Shown piece by piece: positions 62,000 through 64,000 of a DNA stretch of 64,000 bases. The notes beneath the pieces were generated by a model that made no database searches, was not told where the DNA came from, and saw nothing but the letters and a program-made list of their open reading frames with translations. The stretch's first letter is position 1. Each line of letters opens with the position of its first letter. Source of the stretch: Candidatus Uhrbacteria bacterium CG10_big_fil_rev_8_21_14_0_10_50_16. GTDB taxonomy: Bacteria; Patescibacteriota; Patescibacteriia; UBA9934; UBA11717. The position numbers were made by a program, and so were the translations under genes. The stretch spans positions 8,645-72,644 of the forward strand of contig PCYM01000010.1 in NCBI GenBank assembly GCA_002774875.1, written 5' to 3'.

Positions 62000-62180
62000 G
62001 AGAGAGTGGGATTCGCCCTCGTGTCAATTTTCTGCAGAAAATTATATTCGAGTCCAGGCCTCGCGATGCGTCGTGCTCGTCGCATATCGCTCCGGCCGTT
62101 CGAATCCGTCGCACATGCCCTGTGGCATGTGCTCCACCTCGCCAAAGAAAAAAGCCCGCCTTACGACGAGCATTTTTCTT
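62000..62180 (-). repeat. tRNA-Ser(UGA) 3'-associated element (same family as the tRNA-Val element)
   Basis: 16-bp duplicate GAGAGAGTGGGATTCG (62000-62015 = 62186-62201); exact 23-mer GCTCCGGCCGTTCGAATCCGTCG shared with 24623-24645. Confidence 0.85.
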
Positions 62181-62268
62181 TGGCGGAGAGAGTGGGATTC
62201 GAACCCACGAGAGCTTGCGCCCTACTGGTTTTCAAGACCAGCGCCATCGACCACTCGGCCATCTCTCC
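62181..62268 (-). tRNA. tRNA-Ser(UGA)
   Basis: GGAGAGA...CTGGT-CTTGAAA-ACCAG, long variable arm, GCCA. Confidence 0.95.
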
Positions 62269-62304
62269 AAATTGTGGCAACACGTCCGGAACCGTTGTTG
62301 CAAA

Positions 62305-62472
62305 TCATCTCTTCGGCTCAGGTCCTCGTGATCTGGCAAGCTCTCTCAGCTGGGCAAACTCACGATCCTCGTTTATCGGAGGATCAGGCTCGGGATCAGG
62401 TGCCTGCTGAGGCTTGACCACTTGAGCCGGGAATCGACACACCGAAGGAACCTCACCTTGCTCTACGGTCAT
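62305..62472 (-). CDS. Small Pro-rich ORF (55 aa) between two tRNA-Ser genes
   Basis: SD GGAGG 5 nt before ATG; MTVEQGEVPSVCRFPAQVVKPQQAPDPEPDPPINEDREFAQLRELARSRGPEPKR. Confidence 0.45.
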   Translation of the reverse strand: MTVEQGEVPSVCRFPAQVVKPQQAPDPEPDPPINEDREFAQLRELARSRGPEPKR

Positions 62473-62514
62473 GTTGCCTCCAGCAGCTGACGTCCAAGCG
62501 TGAACGTCATGTGC

Positions 62515-62605
62515 TGGCGGAGAGAGAGGGATTCGAACCCTCGCGCCGGCGAACCGACCTAACGGATTAGCAATCCGTCCCCTTCAGCCTCTTGGGTACC
62601 TCTCC
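62515..62605 (-). tRNA. tRNA-Ser(GCU)
   Basis: GGAGAGG...ACGGA-TTGCTAA-TCCGT, long variable arm, GCCA. Confidence 0.95.
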
Positions 62606-62703
62606 AAGGCAGGAGTACTCTACTATATTGGCACAATAGAATCAAGGGCGTCGCCCAATATCATCCACACGACGCTTTTTGCGTTTTCCGCTATACTGGG
62701 CGC

Positions 62704-63225
62704 ATGGACGAAGCACAATGGGAAAAAATCCAAGATGAGATTGATCCTCGCTACGGGGAGGTGGTTATGTATTGGACGATGGACGAGTTTCATCAACATG
62801 AACGTTCCAACGCCTGGTACGTGATTTTTCTTATTCTGGGTCTGGGACTCATTTTGTCTGCGATCCTCACGTCTAATTACGTATTTGCCGTGTTGCTGGT
62901 GCTTATTGGGACCTTTATGATTCTGCAGCATTTCCGGGACCCAGAGAACGTACCGATTTTGGTGTTGACGGCTGGGTTGAGTGTTGGCGAACATTACTAT
63001 CCTTGGGACGAGATCAAGGATTTCTGGGTGGCGTTTGACCCACCTCATGTGAGTAAGCTCTATGTGGACTTTAACAAGTCGAGTGAACCGTTTATCAGTA
63101 TCGATTTGCCCGAGGACATGGACCCCAACGAGATTCGAGAGACAATGCTTGAATTTACGCAGGAAAGCGTGACCCGCAAGGAAGAGTCCTTGACAGACTA
63201 TATCCGAAGGCTGTATAAGTTATAG
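62704..63225 (+). CDS. Hypothetical membrane protein (two TMs plus PH-like domain)
   Basis: WTMDEF..HERS..WY, GLSVGEHYYPWDEIKDFW. Confidence 0.8.
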   Translation: MDEAQWEKIQDEIDPRYGEVVMYWTMDEFHQHERSNAWYVIFLILGLGLILSAILTSNYVFAVLLVLIGTFMILQHFRDPENVPILVLTAGLSVGEHYYPWDEIKDFWVAFDPPHVSKLYVDFNKSSEPFISIDLPEDMDPNEIRETMLEFTQESVTRKEESLTDYIRRLYKL

Positions 63226-63234
63226 CGCTTCCAT

Positions 63235-63311
63235 GTACCCGTAGCTCAGCTGGATAGAGCGTTGGCTTGCGGAGCCAAAGGTCGCACGTTCAAGTCGTGC
63301 CGGGTACACCA
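63235..63311 (+). tRNA. tRNA-Arg(GCG)
   Basis: GTACCCG...CTGGATAGAGC G TTGGC-TTGCGGA-GCCAA...TTCAAGT...CGGGTAC ACCA. Confidence 0.93.
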
Positions 63312-63400
63312 CAAAAGGGATCAACGATAGTTGGTCTTTTTTGTTTGGTTACCCGTGCGCGACTTGAACCAGGGGATGGTAAGGAGATAAACAATCCCTT
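63312..63400 (+). repeat. Truncated tRNA-Arg 3'-associated element (same family as the tRNA-Leu element)
   Basis: Antisense arm TGGTTACCCGTGCGCGACTTGAAC (63346-63369) followed by CAGGGGATGGTAAGG. Confidence 0.75.
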
Positions 63401-63462
63401 GACATAAATCAACAATGCGAACCTTTATATCACGTACCAAGAATTTCACGCATGATAAAATA

Positions 63463-63492
63463 TCAAAACACCGACGATCGTCGCGTGTTTGA
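63463..63492. promoter_or_regulatory. Palindrome upstream of the PaaX/Cas2-like gene
   Basis: TCAAAACAC-CGACGATCGTCG-C-GTGTTTGA. Confidence 0.6.
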
Positions 63493-63525
63493 AACCTCCC
63501 CATTTACTCATTAACGGGGAGATTT

Positions 63526-64000
63526 ATGTTATCTGGAACAGAGCAATGGCTCATGGCGATAGAGGATGTAATATTACTATCACGTGATTTTACCCACGAA
63601 GTTGGAATGACAACGGGTGACGCACGGATTCTTCGACATGCATACAGCACGCATGATGCGAGACAAAATATAAAACGGTTAGCAAACAGAGAATTTATTA
63701 AGATTAGGAAGATTGAAGATGGGATTGTTATTCAATTAACAAATAATGCTCAGTTATCGTTAATGAAAGCGCGCATTAAGTCCGTTGAGCGAGATCTTCC
63801 ATCGCGAGAATACTGTATGGTTGCGTTTGATATCCCTGAAAGTTCAAGAACCGTACGGAATGCTTTTCGTCACTTTTTACAACAATCAAACTTTACTCAA
63901 TCTCAGAAAAGTTTATGGTTAACCAAGAAGGATGTGGGCTCGGATATGATTAAGTTGGTTTATCGATTAAAGCTTGAGGAATGGGTAAATGTTTATGTTG
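63526..64000 (+). CDS. PaaX-like protein (wHTH-like region plus Cas2-like ferredoxin domain), runs off window
   Basis: Manual translation ...IKRLANREFIK...IQLT...YCMVAFDIPE..RTVRNAFRHFL...FTQSQKSLW; visibly AT-richer than its neighbours. Confidence 0.8.
   Translation, partial: MLSGTEQWLMAIEDVILLSRDFTHEVGMTTGDARILRHAYSTHDARQNIKRLANREFIKIRKIEDGIVIQLTNNAQLSLMKARIKSVERDLPSREYCMVAFDIPESSRTVRNAFRHFLQQSNFTQSQKSLWLTKKDVGSDMIKLVYRLKLEEWVNVYV

Noticed and set aside
62181..62268. Selenocysteine or opal-suppressor tRNA
   Set aside because: The anticodon is UGA (reads UCA, Ser), not UCA. prfB is present and TGA is used as a stop.
63526..64000. Bona fide cas2 of a CRISPR-Cas locus
   Set aside because: It has an N-terminal extension typical of PaaX-like proteins, and no cas genes or array are visible (downstream sequence is unseen).

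Overview
Chromosomal window from a small-genome bacterium using genetic code 11 (TGA stops, prfB present). Gene content suggests Patescibacteria/CPR, possibly Parcubacteria/ABY1; this placement is inference. Housekeeping genes include znuA-like, rnj, oppA-like, secG, a DsbA-family gene, uvrA, rplS, cmk, a RluA-family gene, valS-tyrS-argS, bactofilin, nusA-yidC, groES-groEL, frameshifted prfB, tsaC and rsmA. There are 8 tRNAs, including the rare tRNA-Ile(UAU) and tRNA-Arg(GCG). The right half holds a 3158-aa cysteine-rich exported protein, M23 peptidases and a VirB6/PrgI/VirB4/VirB8-like cluster overlapping comF. The most unusual signals are non-coding. (1) Structured elements of about 190-200 bp trail four tRNA 3' ends. 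Each has an antisense arm matched to its own tRNA and a conserved core; three end in a duplicated tRNA 3' end. They form two families that correlate with the T-loop sequence. (2) A dispersed modular repeat family (conserved linker plus variable long hairpin) occurs in at least five intergenic spots, and its palindromic core recurs upstream of a PaaX/Cas2-like gene. Core genes mostly lack SD sequences and have very short leaders, whereas GC-richer orphan genes carry strong SD motifs.
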